A stretch of 64,000 bases of DNA from Monocercomonoides exilis PA203 (lineage: Eukaryota; Protista; Preaxostyla): assembly GCA_001643675.2 (NCBI GenBank), contig LSRY02000012.1, positions 124,001 to 188,000 on the forward strand, given 5' to 3'. A program made the position numbers and the translations under genes. Every line of letters starts with the position of its first letter. The first letter of the stretch is position 1. Positions 1 to 14,400 of this stretch are shown one piece after another. Below the pieces are notes generated by a model that saw nothing but the letters and a program-made list of their open reading frames with translations, did not search any database and was not told the origin of the DNA.

Positions 1-781
1 TCCTTTCTCGCTCGCGGGCACTATCTTTATCATTTTCAGTTTCAGCTTTTTCAGATTTCTTTGTTTTTTTGTCTGAATCATCTTCAGGCTTTTGCGCACG
101 CTTCCGCGCTTTTTGAGAAGAAAGGATGTTTTCCTGCGCCTCTCGCAACAGACGATATCCAGTGTGTAATTTCCCTGCAAAATGATCTGCAAGTCGTCGA
201 TCATTTTCAGCGGCAAATAAAGATGCACCACACACAGCACAAACACGAAGATTGCGATGTCCTACCGCCAATTGAGAAGCTCCTGAAATATCGTCTCTCA
301 CTTTTTTTAAAGCTTCTGCTTGATCAACAAATTTCTCGGCTTCTTCTATGTCCCCATCTTCTCCAGATTGTTCAGCTCGTTTCAGTAGATCCTTTATTTG
401 CAGCGTTAATTCTACGGCTTTTGCATTATCTGGATCTCCAAAGTTTTCAACAGCTTTTTTCTGTTCAGCTTCTTGTATTTTTTGATCACAATCATCAATC
501 CATCTTTGAATAATTCGGAGAACATCATCCTCAATTCCCCAAATATCTCTACCCTCACGCTCTTTTGCTCGTTCATAATCAAGTTTAACAACATCATCAT
601 GCAAAAAACGGCATTCGCCACATTCTGCTTTTGTATTCAAAAACAGATGATGAGGGCACACTCCAAGCAAGTAGCATCGGCAAACTTGTCTGTCTGTAAA
701 CGATGTTGAACCGCGTCGCTTTTCTGCCTCTTCTTCTTGGCTTATAAGAGCCTCAAGTTGGGCTTTGAAAATATTTGCCAT
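1..781 (-). CDS. LUC7: U1 snRNP-associated splicing factor LUC7 (3' end runs off the window)
   Basis: Manual translation from ATG at 781 (absent from the ORF track because no stop lies in the window): MANIFKAQLEAL...VCRCYLLGVCPHHLFLNTKAECGECRFLHDD (ZnF1) and NLRVCAVCGASLFAAENDRRLADHFAGKLHTGY (ZnF2). Both motifs are in the same frame, so no intron is needed. Confidence 0.93.
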   Translation of the reverse strand, partial: MANIFKAQLEALISQEEEAEKRRGSTSFTDRQVCRCYLLGVCPHHLFLNTKAECGECRFLHDDVVKLDYERAKEREGRDIWGIEDDVLRIIQRWIDDCDQKIQEAEQKKAVENFGDPDNAKAVELTLQIKDLLKRAEQSGEDGDIEEAEKFVDQAEALKKVRDDISGASQLAVGHRNLRVCAVCGASLFAAENDRRLADHFAGKLHTGYRLLREAQENILSSQKARKRAQKPEDDSDKKTKKSEKAETENDKDSARERER

Positions 782-962
782 AGATCCTTGAAAAAGTTTT
801 AATTGAAAAATTAATCATCGTAAAATATAAAATAAATCATATTAAAAATAATGCCAACCTTGCTATTTGTTTATTTATTCAACAAACAACACGCTTTTAA
901 AAAAACAAAAAAGAAGTGGCAAGAATATTTCTTATGATGGTAAGATCTAAGATGAATGAAAA

Positions 963-2429
963 ATGAGTTGTCTCACATGCTTGCAATTGAAAAACAAAAA
1001 ACAATTATTGAAAACAGGATGTTCTGCTCTTGACATTTTGCTTAATGGGGGAATTGATACAATGGGAATTACAGAAATATGCGGGGAATCGTCTGTTGGA
1101 AAAACGCAACTCTGCTTTCAATTATGTTGCACGGTACAACTTCCTTGTCAAATTGGTGGATTAAATGGATCTGCATGCTATATAACCAGTGATTTTCAGG
1201 TCAAAACAGAGAGATTGAGTGAAATTGGTCGAAGTATTGCTTCAAAAGAAGAATTTCATGGTCTGCTTCAAAATTTTAGAATTATGATATTTTGTTATAT
1301 TTTATTTTATCACATTTAGTTGATTGGGATTTTAATGATAACATTTATATCCAAAGAGCAGCAACATCTTCAACGTTGTTGAAAAGTGTTACTGATTCTC
1401 TTCCAAAGCTAATTGAAGAAAAATCAATAAAACTAATTGTTATAGACTCACTTCCATCAAGTATGCTTTTCATTAGTAGATATACAATGATTGCGTTTCT
1501 TTTTTCCCATTATCTTGAAAAATCTTTTATTCCAGTAATAAGGGGAGAATTCGAGCAAGATGAAATAACGAAAAGGTCAAATTTTCTTGGATCCCTCGTA
1601 AATCAGCTTCAAGTTTGAAAACAATAAAAAGTTAGTTCAAAAAAAACATATTTTTTCATTTGTTATTCTGCTACAGACTTTAAGTTATAAATACGAGCTT
1701 GCCGTTGTTGTTGTAAACGAAGTTGTTGCACAGATGAACGAGGATGATGATTCAATGAAATATAATTTCACTTCACTTCTTGCTGATTACCAGCAAGTAA
1801 CCACTTCTTCACTCGAAGCTTCAGCCTCTCCTCCTCTCTCAACGCCAACTGCAGAATTGAAAACTGATTCATCAAACACTTCATTTATTCATCCACTTAA
1901 CGATTTTGTAACACTTCCACCATATCACAGCGAGTTTGAAGGGATGCGTCCGTCTTTGGGATTGTTTTGGTCAAGCTCTGTTAATACGCGCTTGCTTTTG
2001 TCGCATACAACTCATTCTGTTGAGATTCTGTTTGACAGAAGAAAGAAAAACGATGATGAAGATGAAATGGAAGAAAGAAAGAATTTAATTAAAAAGAAAA
2101 AAATTACTGTAAGAACAGATTATTCAGATGAAGAAGAAGACGGAGAAAGTAAGAGAACGAAATCATCAAAGACAAATGAGTGTCTTTTGTCACCTCGCTC
2201 TGATAGCGAATCAGAAAGTGTGGAATTTGAATCTAAAGCGCAACATATTGCAAACAAAGGAAAAAAGCAATCTTTACTGATAAAACCAAAGAAAAGCGAT
2301 AAGGTTATTGCAGAGGTGAACGTAAGGAGGCTAAGCGTTATTTTCTCGCCTCGACTTCCTATTTCTTCTGTTACATATCTTGTGACTCAACGAGGAATTG
2401 AGTCTTACAGAAAAGTGGAACAACAATGA
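963..2429 (+). CDS. XRCC3: RAD51 paralog, XRCC3-like; exons 963-1260, 1320-1460, 1536-1612, 1677-2429
   Basis: Walker A GESSVGKTQLC; Walker B LIVIDS followed after splicing by LPSIIRGEF; AVVVVNEV; RPSLGLFWSSSVNTRLLL; C-terminal RRLSVIFSPRLP..VTYLVTQRGI typical of XRCC3. Three GT-AG introns join the exons in frame. Confidence 0.82.
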
Positions 2430-2741
2430 TTCATCATAAATTTTTTATTGAGATTTATTTTCAAAGGATTATTAATTTGGAAAGCATTTTTACTATTAAA
2501 TCTATGTTTTTTTCTTTGCATTTATCACAAATTATTAAAATTTTGATTTATTTTTAAAAGAAGTCAGAAATTAACCCATATTATAATATATGACAACAAA
2601 TAAATAAATATAACTCTGCTTTATGACTTGTAGTTCGCGGAAAAAATTTTTGTCAATTGTTTGCTTGAATTTACATTTAAGATGCGAAATGAAAAGTTAC
2701 TGAATATTGCATAAATGTTCAATTCATGTTCATTTTTGTAG

Positions 2742-5208
2742 TCCGAGGATAATCGAAGTTATACGTTAAATCAAAACATTAACGAAATCGACAATCAATT
2801 TAAATTGGTTCAAAATCATACAAGCACTCCTTTAAGAAACTTTTTCGAAGATTTATATCATCCTTCTCAAAATACTTTTTATTCTCATTCGAGCGCTTCT
2901 GATGAAAAAGATATTTTTTCAACTCATTTTCGCAGAAACATTCCATCATCTTGTCAAGGTATTTCCCCTCTGCAATGCTAGAATTTTTATCTTTATTTTT
3001 TTGCTGTTCGATATTTTACTTCAAGATGCTTACAGCAGTCTAAATCCATCAATGAAGCATTTAAAATCACAAAAAACAACATTTGCTTCATCTGTTCCTT
3101 TTGAATTTAAAAAAGAAAGTGAAATCGCAAATTTATCCTCGACTTTTCATCGTGATTTAAGTTTGTAGAAGAAAAATAGCTTATCAAACTTATATTTTTC
3201 ATAAAATTTAATTTCAGAATTGCCAGAAACGCAAAGTGAGTCCCAACATGATGAAGCAAGATCTTTGACCATGCAGGATAAAAATCAAGTTATTTCATTA
3301 GTAGAAGCCGCTTGCGAGACTCAAAATACATCTCATTTTGGCAGTACTGACATTCCAAAGGAAGATGAAACGAAAAACGCACCGAAAAAGATTTTTGATG
3401 TTAACGAAACACGGAAAAGATATCTTGAACAAATACAAAATGATCAGAAAGTTGATCCGCCTTATGCACCTACATATCCAATTACAGCACAAGAAATGAT
3501 AACTGAACAAATCTCAATAATAAATTCAACGATCAACAAAATTTCACTAAATTCTTCAGAACATTTAGAACAGCTTGAAGAGGAAGATGCTCAAAAAGAA
3601 GAAAAAGGCGATGTTACAGACGCTTCTGTTGAAGTGTTATCATCACATTCACCAATCGATCCACTTTTATTGGAGAACTTCAGCACTTGGAGGACAGCCG
3701 GCACGAAGCATGTTGAATTCAGCTATGACGTTGAGCTGGACATCAATGGGGAGAAGCAAACAGACATCAAAAATGCGAAGCTGGGCAAGTTAATTAGAGA
3801 ATGGCTGATGGAAGATGCTGAATTTGCAAAATACAGCGGAAGTTACTCACCTCAGACAATGAAAAAACGCAAGGCTCGACTCAAAAACAAGCAGTATCAA
3901 GAAGCAAAATTGTTTTACAACACTTTTGGGGAATGGCCCCGCAAATACTGGGAAACAGATGAAGATGAGGGGAAAGAATGTGATGACAAAAATTTGGAAG
4001 AAATTGACACAAAGAAGACTGAAGATTCCATTGAAACGAAATATAACCAAATGACAATTGAAGAATTGCAGATGATGAAAAGTGACGCTGCAGAAGGTGC
4101 GATGACTGCGGATGAAAGAGATCTTCTTGAAAGAGCGATTCAAAAGAAGCAGAAGAAGAACTTCAAAAAGGAGCAATTTGAAGCTATGACCAATTTAGAT
4201 CGCTATTTCTACAATCTCAAAATTACAAAGGAAAAAAAGAAATCAGCCGAAAAGCGTAACGAGGCTAAATGTTGCGATTCGCAAAAGTTATTTCAATCAG
4301 ATGTTACACTGGACAAATTACTTACTGAAACTATCATGCCATTAATCGAACAATGCCCTGCAACAGAAAATTCGTCAATTTCTTTGAAAGGCAATTCTGA
4401 AAGCACATTTGTAGACTCTTCATCAAGAAGTGATTTTTGTTCAGAAACTCCAGTCAATTCTAGAACAATTTATCCGAAGGAAAATTCACAAAACACTCTT
4501 TTTCAGCAAACTGGATGTTATTCCACTGAAATTTCTCAACACCTTTTAAGTTCTCGAAGTCCGTTATTGCTATCCCCACCACTACATTTTCTTATTAATT
4601 CAGTTTTTCCTACCATGGAAAGCAAGAGACTTCCAATAATAGCTGATAATTCAGGATTCTCAAGCAATCAAAAAAACAAGCTTATAAACCTTGAGGCTAA
4701 TCGTTCAAATTTAAAGAATGATTCACGCTCTCTAAACGAGAAATATCATGTTAATTCCTTACCACCGCTATTGCAGCTGAAAAGAATCACAGCCACAAAA
4801 CCAATTGTCCTCTCAAAGAAAGACATTCCATTCAATCAATTGAATTCTTTCACAATTTCTGAAGATGATATCTTACCTTATTTGACTCTAAAATTATCTT
4901 ACCAAAATGAGCCCAAACAATATGGAACGCTTAGCGAGTCATTTGGGCAACCTTTCATAACACCACTTTCTGAAGCGTTATTTTGCAGAAGCAAAAGATC
5001 ACTGAAAGCCTCTTCTGTTTGCACTGCAAAAATTCTCCACGAAAAGTACGTGAGGGTTATTACGCGAGTGAAAGAACGCGCATTCAAACAAACCCCGACT
5101 TATCATAAATACTATTGGTCTTTTGACGAAATACCGTTGAGTAGAAAGAGAAGAAAACAGCTTTATAAGGAACAAAAATTGGAAATGCTTTTGAAGGGTT
5201 TAAAATAG
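2742..5208 (+). CDS. Hypothetical protein (>780 aa); exons ~2742-2958, 3026-3161, 3218-5208; 5' start unresolved
   Basis: A 662-codon ORF joins two upstream open segments in frame through GT-AG introns. No domain recognised; charged, coiled-coil-like middle. Confidence 0.65.
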
Positions 5209-5212
5209 TTTT

Positions 5213-5232
5213 TAGAGAGAGAGAGAGAGAGA
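5213..5232. repeat. (GA)n microsatellite between convergent gene ends
   Basis: agagagagagagagagaga run just after the stop codon at 5208. Confidence 0.9.
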
Positions 5233-5408
5233 TAGATAAAACAAGAATATCCCACAAAGAATATTCATAATATTTTAACAAATCATCCTTTAATGATTTT
5301 GAACATATTACAAATTTGAAGTGGTAATGAAACTTATTAAACAGCAAAACGAAAAAAAAGTGAACAAAAATCACTAATTTAGAAAATAAACAAAATAAAC
5401 ACAAAAAA

Positions 5409-8400
5409 TTATTTCTTCTTTTTCAATGAAATTCGAGTTATAATTAATTGCATGAGCGTACCCCATGGGGAAGGAGGATTTGATTTAACAGGAGGAAGAG
5501 CAAAAAATAAAGGTAGAATATTAAACAGAGTTGGAAGGGCAAATGTTTCTTTGAAAGGAGTAGAAGAAAGGACTTCTTCAATATCAACAAGGCTATTATG
5601 CAGACTAACCCACTGATGTTCAGGAAGCGTATCAAATGGAGCTTGAACATGAAAACGGTGGGACAAAGTTGATTGGGAGACTTGAAGAAGAGAAGGGCTG
5701 TTGAGGAAAAGTGAAGAAGAGCAGAATGCTTTGACAAATGTGATAAGAGAACGAGTAACAGAAATATCATCAGTCTGCTGCTTTGCACACAAAAGAAGCT
5801 GCTTCTCCAGTAAAGCGAACAATCTTGCTTGAGGGTTTGAAATGCGATATATTGTAGCGATTGAACCGTGAAGAACATCAAAGCAGCAAACATCACACAC
5901 ACGAACAACGTTCGATGCAAAGCCAAGCTGCGGAAGCAAAATTTTATGGCGAGAGCAACGAGAGCACACATATCTTCCACAGCGTCTGCAGTGATGCTTC
6001 CTCTTAAATCCCATTGGCCCTGCACAGATGAAGCAGTCAACAACGTTAGTGTCGCGATCCCAATGACTGCGTGGATGCATCAAAGAGGTCTGCAAAGCGT
6101 CCTCAGGAATGGGAAGCAAACTATCGGATAAGTCAATCTCCTCTTTCACTCGAAAAGAAGAAGTCGCGTTTTCAGATGCTTCAGGCTCTGCATCTTCATC
6201 TTCATTGATAGCAAATGTAATAAAACTTTGATCATTTCTTTCGACAACTAATGCACCATAAAACGGGAAATGAATTATATTTGTAATTGTTGGGATGTTT
6301 TGTAAAGCTGACGCAACAGGCAAAGCAGGGGATTGCTTCAAAGACAATGAATCTTGGTTCCTCAGTTTGCTCAACGTTCCAGATTGTTCTGCCAGTTGCT
6401 CATCTTTATCCAAGAAGTGCTGATTTGTTGTACTAATAGCATTATTGATATATTGAACTGAAGGGACGTCTTTTTTGCACTCACAGCTTTGATGTACAGA
6501 AGCGTTGTACATATACTCAGCAAATGAAACTATCGATTCGACAATCGTATTTATGAATTCTCGAACATCAGAATTCGCCTTTGTTCTACGAACACTTTCG
6601 ATGACAACAACTTCATTTGAATTTTTGTCTTTTCCTTTTTCGCTGTCCATCTCATTTTCAGTTGTTAGTTGCTTTTTGTTATTTTTTATCTGTTTCTGTG
6701 TCGAAGCAATCCTATTAAAAAGAGTTTCCATCCACGACCAACCTCCGCTTTTGTGTGTAATAAAGCGTAATGACCCGTCTGAATGTGCTGTAACGATGCA
6801 AACATCTCTATCGATTGGAGAGCTAATCACACCTGCTGTTGAAAACGATTGCGATAATGGCATGCATAATTCTGAATAGCCATCAGATTGTTTACTAACT
6901 TGTTCTGAGTTGACATCAAACACATTTAAAGAAGTATTTGTGACTGCAATAAACGATGTAACTGATGAATAAGTTGTGAAGAATGATAAAGAAACAAGAG
7001 ATGTCTGTGGATTTTGACTAAGGGGCAAGGAAAGTGCGAATGAATCAATAAATGGAGATCGATTTGCGAAGAAAGTTTTCTGCAGTTGTAATTCTTCATT
7101 TGAAGGAGAGTTACTGTTGTCGGAAATCAATGATGAACCAAATTCTCCTGAAATTAAGTAAGAAAGAGATGAAATAAGAGGATGAAGAACAGGCTTTGGC
7201 TCCAAAACACCATCTATAACAGAAAAATTGTATGATCTGAATGAGTTATCATCGTTGCACAATGTCGGATCCAACATTATTTCGTTTTCAAACAAATCCT
7301 CAAAAGGATTGTCCGATTGCAGTGCTTTATTAATAGTAAAGACTTTGATTAGTGACATCCTGGAAAGGTCCCACGCGATGATTACACCTCCTTCATCGCA
7401 AGAGAGAAGCAGAGGAATTGTTGGGTGCATTGCCACTTTCTTTATCCTGAACTGGTGTCCTCTCAACTCTCCAATCAATGCGGCAGAAAAGTGTGTGGAC
7501 TGTTGCTGTTCCGAAGACCTCGCATAATCTCTGATTGAAGGCTCAATGCAACCAATCTGTCGTTTACCTTCTGTTAAATGCCTGAATGCATCTGTATTTT
7601 CTGAAAAAGAGGTCGGATCGTGTTCTTTCAGTCTCCAGATTCGAATAATACAGTCTTCATCGGCAGAAGCAAAGTGGAGAGTGTTAAGCGGTGAAACAGA
7701 CAAAGGAAATGCAGGAAGCATCTCCTTCACAATAAGGTGCTGTTGACTTAATTGCTGCCGTTGCTGTTCTGTCCAATTGAGTGTGTCACGAATTCTCTGC
7801 AGCTCTTCGCTCTCTCTTTGAAGTCTGTGACTCGCTGGTGCTTTGCTGGTTGATAACAGCACGACTGTTCCGTGTGCGAAATCATCATCATCATAATCCA
7901 TCAGAATAGAAGAAGACGAAGATGAAGGCAAATCATTTCCAATGTGATCATTTGCAGCTGTCGAAATGAATTTGCTTTTCGGATCTTTCTCAATCACAGC
8001 AAGTAATTCATTCGAAGTCTTTTCATCATCCACAATTTGCAGAAGCTTTTGAATTTCAAGCCACATTTCCTTTCCAAAGCCTACTTCAGGAATTGCACCA
8101 GAACCTGTTCGAATTGAGAGAGGCACATCTGGGCAGACTCCACTTAACGGATTAAAAGAAGCTATTGACTCTTCAGACGGATACTCATCCCATCTTTCTG
8201 CAGGAACAATTGGTCCTTTTCGCTCTTTTCCTTTCTTTTGTTTGCCATCCGGAAGTTGCCCTCCGTTTCTAGATGCTGCTTTTGCTTTTGCTTTTGACTT
8301 CGCTTTTGCCTTTGGTTTGGCCTTGGCTTTGGCCTTTGCTTTTTTCAGTTGCTCAGCAGCCAGCTCTGCTCTGAGTGCAACCAGTATTCTTGGATGTTTA

Positions 8401-11400
8401 GGTGCAAGCACCACAAATCGATGGGCCAAAGTTGGATCATTCCCAAATAGATGGTTAAGTGTGGTAGAGCCTTTCAGCAATGCAGTTGATAAAGACAGAG
8501 AGAATGAAGGAGTGTTGAAGACCCAGGGAAGCAACGACGAACTCAGCTGGATGAATGCATTCATATCAAAAAGAGGAGCAGTGGCAGAGTTTGATGCACG
8601 AAGTGAAGGTGGAAACAGGATATTCTCGATGGCTGGTATCTGTTCGTGAATGTAGCTGAGCAGAACAGATGGAAGAGAGAAGATAAACGACAGTGTTGAC
8701 CAGATGGGAGAGGAAGTAGAAGAAGGCAGTTCTACAGACGCTGAGCTGCTTGTGGCAGTTACTGTATTTTTCCGATCTTTCTGTGAAAGCGATAGATGAA
8801 CAGGCATTCCATCAAGTGGCTCTGGCTGAGTGTGTGGTATGTGGCGTATTTGTGCAGAAGGATCAAACGGAGACATTTCTTGCTTTTGCTGCTCGATTGT
8901 GCAAATGTCGATTGCATTTCGTAACAATGAATCATTGAAATGCGATAGCTGGGATGAAAAACAATCCATTACAGGTTCAAATAATTCACGTAATTCATTT
9001 TTCAGTTCTTCTAATGATGGTATTCTGATATCACATAAGAAATTGCATTCGCACGAATCATCTTCAACTTCTGCTGGAGAGAAATAGATGGGCCGTGAGA
9101 AAAATGCTGATGGAACAGGGAATGGAAGGGAGTTTATATGAAAAGCACTTACAGGAACTTGTAAAGGTTGAGTTGGATGCATATGGTCTAAATGATACCG
9201 ATGACCAAGCAACAACTCTTGTGAAAGATGAGAGGAATCGTCCACTTCGACTGAATGAAGAGTATTTGTCCAACTCAAAAGATCGTCGTACTTCGTTGGA
9301 GATGGGATTGTCGTTCGTAGAGAAGTGAACAACTCCAGATCGATGTTTTGCAGCACATTCAGAGGCGATTCATCAGAAAAGTGTGAAAGAGACAAAGTTC
9401 GAGAGTTGAAAGTGGAAGGAGTAGAAAATGGTTGAGCAAGCCATTTAACACCAGTAAGAGATGGAAACGTTGGCAGAGTATCGAATGAGGATGGAAGAGA
9501 AGTGTTAATATCAACAAAAGAAAGAGATCTCGTATGAGACGCCTCTGCGCCCCATTTCAAAAGCCTTCTGCCAGAAACAATGTCGAACAGACGAAGAGAA
9601 GAATCAGGCGACGATGCATCCAACAAAAGAGAAGAGTCTCTAAATAACAATCTGTCGCTTCTGTGTTGCAAAATGTTGGGCGCATCCAACTCCATTTGTG
9701 GAATATGCATATCACCAGGGAGAATTGTTGTGTGAAGAGATTGGCGATGAAGATGAGTAGGATGGAACGGGAAAATGGCATCTGACTCGAAAAAGGAAGG
9801 TATTTCAGAGGTAAATGATGTTGGAACAGTTGTTGAATCTTCTTCTTTGGCTACAATTTCAGTTCCTTCGTTTTCATCATTGAATTGAGTAAAAGCACAT
9901 CCAAGAGAGAAGCCAAGTTTGCGCTGATTTGCAAGCATCAAGAAATCTGATGGAAGGATCACTGGCTCATCAGAACTTGAAGAATCAAATGCTCCTGATA
10001 CATGAGACAATGCACTTAAAGATATAACAGACGAAGGTCCAATTGGTTTTTCCTTCGCCAAAGTCATTTGAGGATCTTGTTGAAGCGAACCCTGCGTTGC
10101 AGCCATATCTTCAGTGAATGCAGCATTCTCAGCAACATCGCTGCTAAAATCCTGAATCTGTTCCACTCTTTCTATCTTACGCAGTGCGTGTGTTGAAAGA
10201 CCACCAGCTTTGACGACTGTCACAGGAACAAGACGTCTCGCTCCTTCCAATGTGAGTGTCGGCGAAGGCATAAATCTTCTTTTTGGATGTGCTGTTTGGA
10301 AAAGTTGAAGCGGAACCTGCCCAAAACTGACTATTTGTTTTCTTCCTGAGCGGCGTAAAACTCTGTCTTGATTCACAGAAAAATCTGTGCAGCCACCGTA
10401 CGTCGATGGATGAAATACATTCAGCGCCTTTTCTGCAGCTGGGCCACGTTGTTTGTATCCGAAGATTAAGTCAATCCACTCGTTGAGATGGCTCGATACA
10501 AACGGTGATTCGAGTGCTTGTCTGTGCAATTTGATGAACAGGTCGGGGTTTCCATGTGCCCATGGAGGCAACACTACATCGTGAAGAGCTTCTCCACGTA
10601 AAAAGGCAGAATGCCGAGGAAGTGGTGAAGGGAAAGCATGAGGAGGGATGGACCCTTCTTCTGGATAAACACTGCTTACACACTCAAACGGCGCACGAGC
10701 AGATCTTCGCCCAATTTCACCTGCTTTCAGATGTGAGCGGAGAAAGTGTGGATTGCAGAAGAATTCTGGAATGAGTTCCTTCAAGTCATTCAGCTGTCGC
10801 GAACAAGCTGCACTGCGCCAAGCTTCCTCAACTGAATGGAAGAGTCGATCGCCTGTGTCAAACCTTCCGCCCTGAAGGTGGATGGCTTTTGTTGTGAAAG
10901 GCTCAAGACGAATAAGATAATACAACACAATAAGCTCTGTGCTGTAATGCGTTCCATAATGATAAGGCACCATTGAAGGATCGTTGAATGAGAGAATAGT
11001 CTCAAATTGTTCAGCAGCTGTCTTCATCCTTTCTGTTGTTTGTGCTCCCATTGGTTTGGAGAGGTCTCTGTACGAGCAAGGATCTCTTAGATCAAGTTGC
11101 GTAGATGTATAGTCACTGAGAACCCAAGGGAATATTGGATACTGTCCAAGATCAGAGAAGGTTCGTCCAGCAGCAGTGTTTAGGAACAGAAGATAATCAA
11201 AGTTGGAGATGACGCCTTCGCTCCACAGATGTGTTGCTTCGGGAAGGGTGAGTGTTGTGCATGTTGGAGAAAATGACTTCAGAGAAGTGATTGTCTGCTG
11301 TGTTGATGCGATGGTCGGTGCAACAATTGAGTCTGATGGAAAGTGCTGCGAGTGAACAACAAGAGGAATGCGAATCTTGTCTCGCGGTGGGAGCTTGATA

Positions 11401-14400
11401 ATTTTTCTGTCAATTGTTGGGAAGTGCAAAGGAATTGGCAGTTTTGAAGTTTTTGGCTTTGATTGAGTGGACGCGAGATCAGAATTTGGCAAAGGCGACA
11501 TTAAAGGAGATGGCATTTGGATTATGGTGAAACCAGGAGAAGGAAGAGAACTCACAGAACTAGGAGATGCATTGAGAGAAGGAGTGAGTGTTGTTTCAGA
11601 GGGAAGCGGGGTTGGCTCTTGTTCTGACATTGTTGATTCTGATGAGGTTGTTGTGGATGAATAAGCAGATTCTGTCCTAATTCGTCGAATCTCTTTTTGA
11701 GTCTGTTCAAACTTGAAATCTTCAACTTCTGCTTTGTCTATCTCTCTTTCTTCTTCTTCATTGCCCTTGTTATCTCCATCATGATGTTCATTACTTGCAT
11801 TTTCTTGCATATTTGGCTCTTCTCCTTCGAGAACAGAACCTTCATCGACTGATCCTTCATCATCGCTATAGTCTCTCTCATCATCTTCCTCTTCTTCATT
11901 TTCTTCAGCTAGTCGATCTTCATCGATCGTTTCCTTCTCTTCGTCTTCGTCTTCATCATCAGCTTCATTGCCAAGCCTGTCATAGTCAGATCGAATTGAC
12001 AACGATTCCTCCATCTCTCCAGTTGCAGTCAAGGGAAGTGGAACGCAATCTTCGCATTTCTGTTCATCGTTTTGTTCAATTGCTTGTTCTTCTCCAGTCT
12101 TTTCTGAATCTTCGGTTGAAAGATGAGTTGAATCTTCAGAATCCAATCTTGCATTAGTAACCTGAAATTCGCCTTTTGAATTAATAGCTGTATTTGGACT
12201 ATCTGTTGTTGAATCAATTGAAACTCTTTTGGTGGTTTCATCTCCATCGCTTTCCTTTCTTTCATCTTTTTGCGCCTTCGCTTCTACTTCGCTGGATAGT
12301 CTTTGCTCTGAATATGATACCGTTGAAGATTCAAGAGGACTCAGTTGCGGTTTAACATTTGTAGTAGTAGTAGTTGTTGTTGTTGTTGTTGGACTTTTAA
12401 TGTCAGACAGGCTTAATGAACTGCACATGCCATGCTCTTCTTCTCTCTTTCTCTTCATGGCCTTCAGCCAATGTCTCCTCTCCACCAATGCCCCTCTTTC
12501 CCATTCATCTTCCCATGCTTCAGTAAATCCTTCTCCGATACCAATTCCGATACCTCCTACACCTTCTTCATCCACAGCCCTCGAATGTGTTGACGGATTG
12601 TCGCAGACAGCTCGGCAGATAATTCCATACATTCTCTCGCGACTGGCTGTCGAAGGAAACAATATGAACAGCCCCTGTCCTTCTGTTGTGAGTATCTCCA
12701 ACGCCACGTGCTGTAATGCGTATCGTCTCCTCATCACCATCACAATCGATTCAAATGGTAATGAAAACGATGGTGGGAATGAAAGTCCACGACAATCTGG
12801 TGGAAGAGATGATCCAGCAACTGACGCTGCTGTTGTCGCACAGCTGGAACAACCACTGATTGATGAAAACAACGGAGCTTGCTTTTCTAACAAGCCGTTC
12901 ATTGTAGCTTCTTTTTCAAGCGGATTAACTTCTTCGGATTCGTTGGGCACGTAATCTTGATTGCCTATCATTGAAGATGGAATTGGATTTGGTGCAAGAG
13001 GACGAAATAGAAGAGGGGAAAATGGAGAGAGACGATAAAATTCGTATGGAGGAATTTTCTTCATTCTGGCAATATGATATCTCACAACTTTAGATAAACT
13101 TTTGATGTCCAAATATATTTTTGGTACTTTTGGTTTTGGTAAAGTCATCTGCCCTGAAGAAAGCACTTTCAGAGCATCGTTTCTGAATGATCTTTTTGCA
13201 TTGCTTGCGATGCTCCTTTGGGCAACTGCAGCATCTTGAGAGTTCTGTGTATCAATCTCTTGCTGTATTGTGTCGAACAGCCAGATGGATGGAGATGAGC
13301 GCACAAAATCAACAACAAACAGCCGATCTTGTTTGACAACAAGAAGCGCATGCTGCCTTTCAATACCACTCACAAGTCGATGACAGTTTGCAATGGCAAG
13401 TGGAAGAGGATGAGTCATCACCAACGAAAGAGTGCTTATCAAAGAGCACATCACAACCCGCATATCAACGCAGAGCTGCAATGGAGACAGTGATGCGAAT
13501 CCACTTTTCCTTTTGATGCCTTCTTCGTCAGACTGTCCAAGTGCCTCGTACAACTTCATCAGATTGTCCGTTGCTGTTGTCTTCTCCAAGGGTAATGTTG
13601 TTTTCTCTTGAACAAGCTTCAAAAAGCATCGGAGCTGAGCATTCCACGTTAGATTATCAAATCGTGATGAAAGACGTAGTGAGAGTGGAGTGAATGGAGA
13701 AGCCTGTGAAAATCCTTCAGAACTACTAATTCTTGTTAGAACGGGAAGTGATGCATTAAGCAAAGATGTGCTATTATCTGCCATCCAATCAATCATCTGC
13801 GGAGATAAATCAAACTGAGCTGTTGTTTTGACTCGGAAATGCAATGGTCTTTTGCACACATCATTGTTATTAAGAGTACCAGAAGAATTATTAATGAGCT
13901 GCTTTTCTCTGATTCTATAAAGCGCAGATCCAATGACTCCGGGTGGCAATGCAAATATCCCATTCTCGCAATAGCACTCATTGTACACAAATCTGTTCCA
14001 ACTTTGATGTGATGTCGTGTGGATCTCGTTGCATCGTGTAACATAATACAGAAGCTGTTGCGAATAAAACGACGAAGTGGAAACAACTTGCAAATGCAAC
14101 AATGCTGTTTGTGCAGATGAAGAAAGATTGAAGCATCTTGCTTTGTTTTGATTAAGCGAACGTAAATAGGTGACTGCTATTTCTGGTGTTGGAACCACTT
14201 TCTCCTTTTGCTGAGGTTCCATCAACAAAAATCGACTTGATTCAATTGACAGCACTTCAGCAGAAAATGGAAGAACTCCTTCTTTTTCTGTGTTCTGAGT
14301 CGTATACATCATTTGGGGAAGATTCGGAAGGGCTTCTTCGATGTCTGTGTGCCCAAGTGAATCTGCAATCAGGTTATCGATTTTGGCTTTAGCTTCGATC

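Noticed and set aside
1461-1535. Stop-free introns of 3n length (75 nt here; 66 nt at 52365-52430; 54 nt at 56724-56777) as regulated intron retention
   Set aside because: Three among roughly 30 short introns is about the chance expectation, and retention would disrupt conserved folds.
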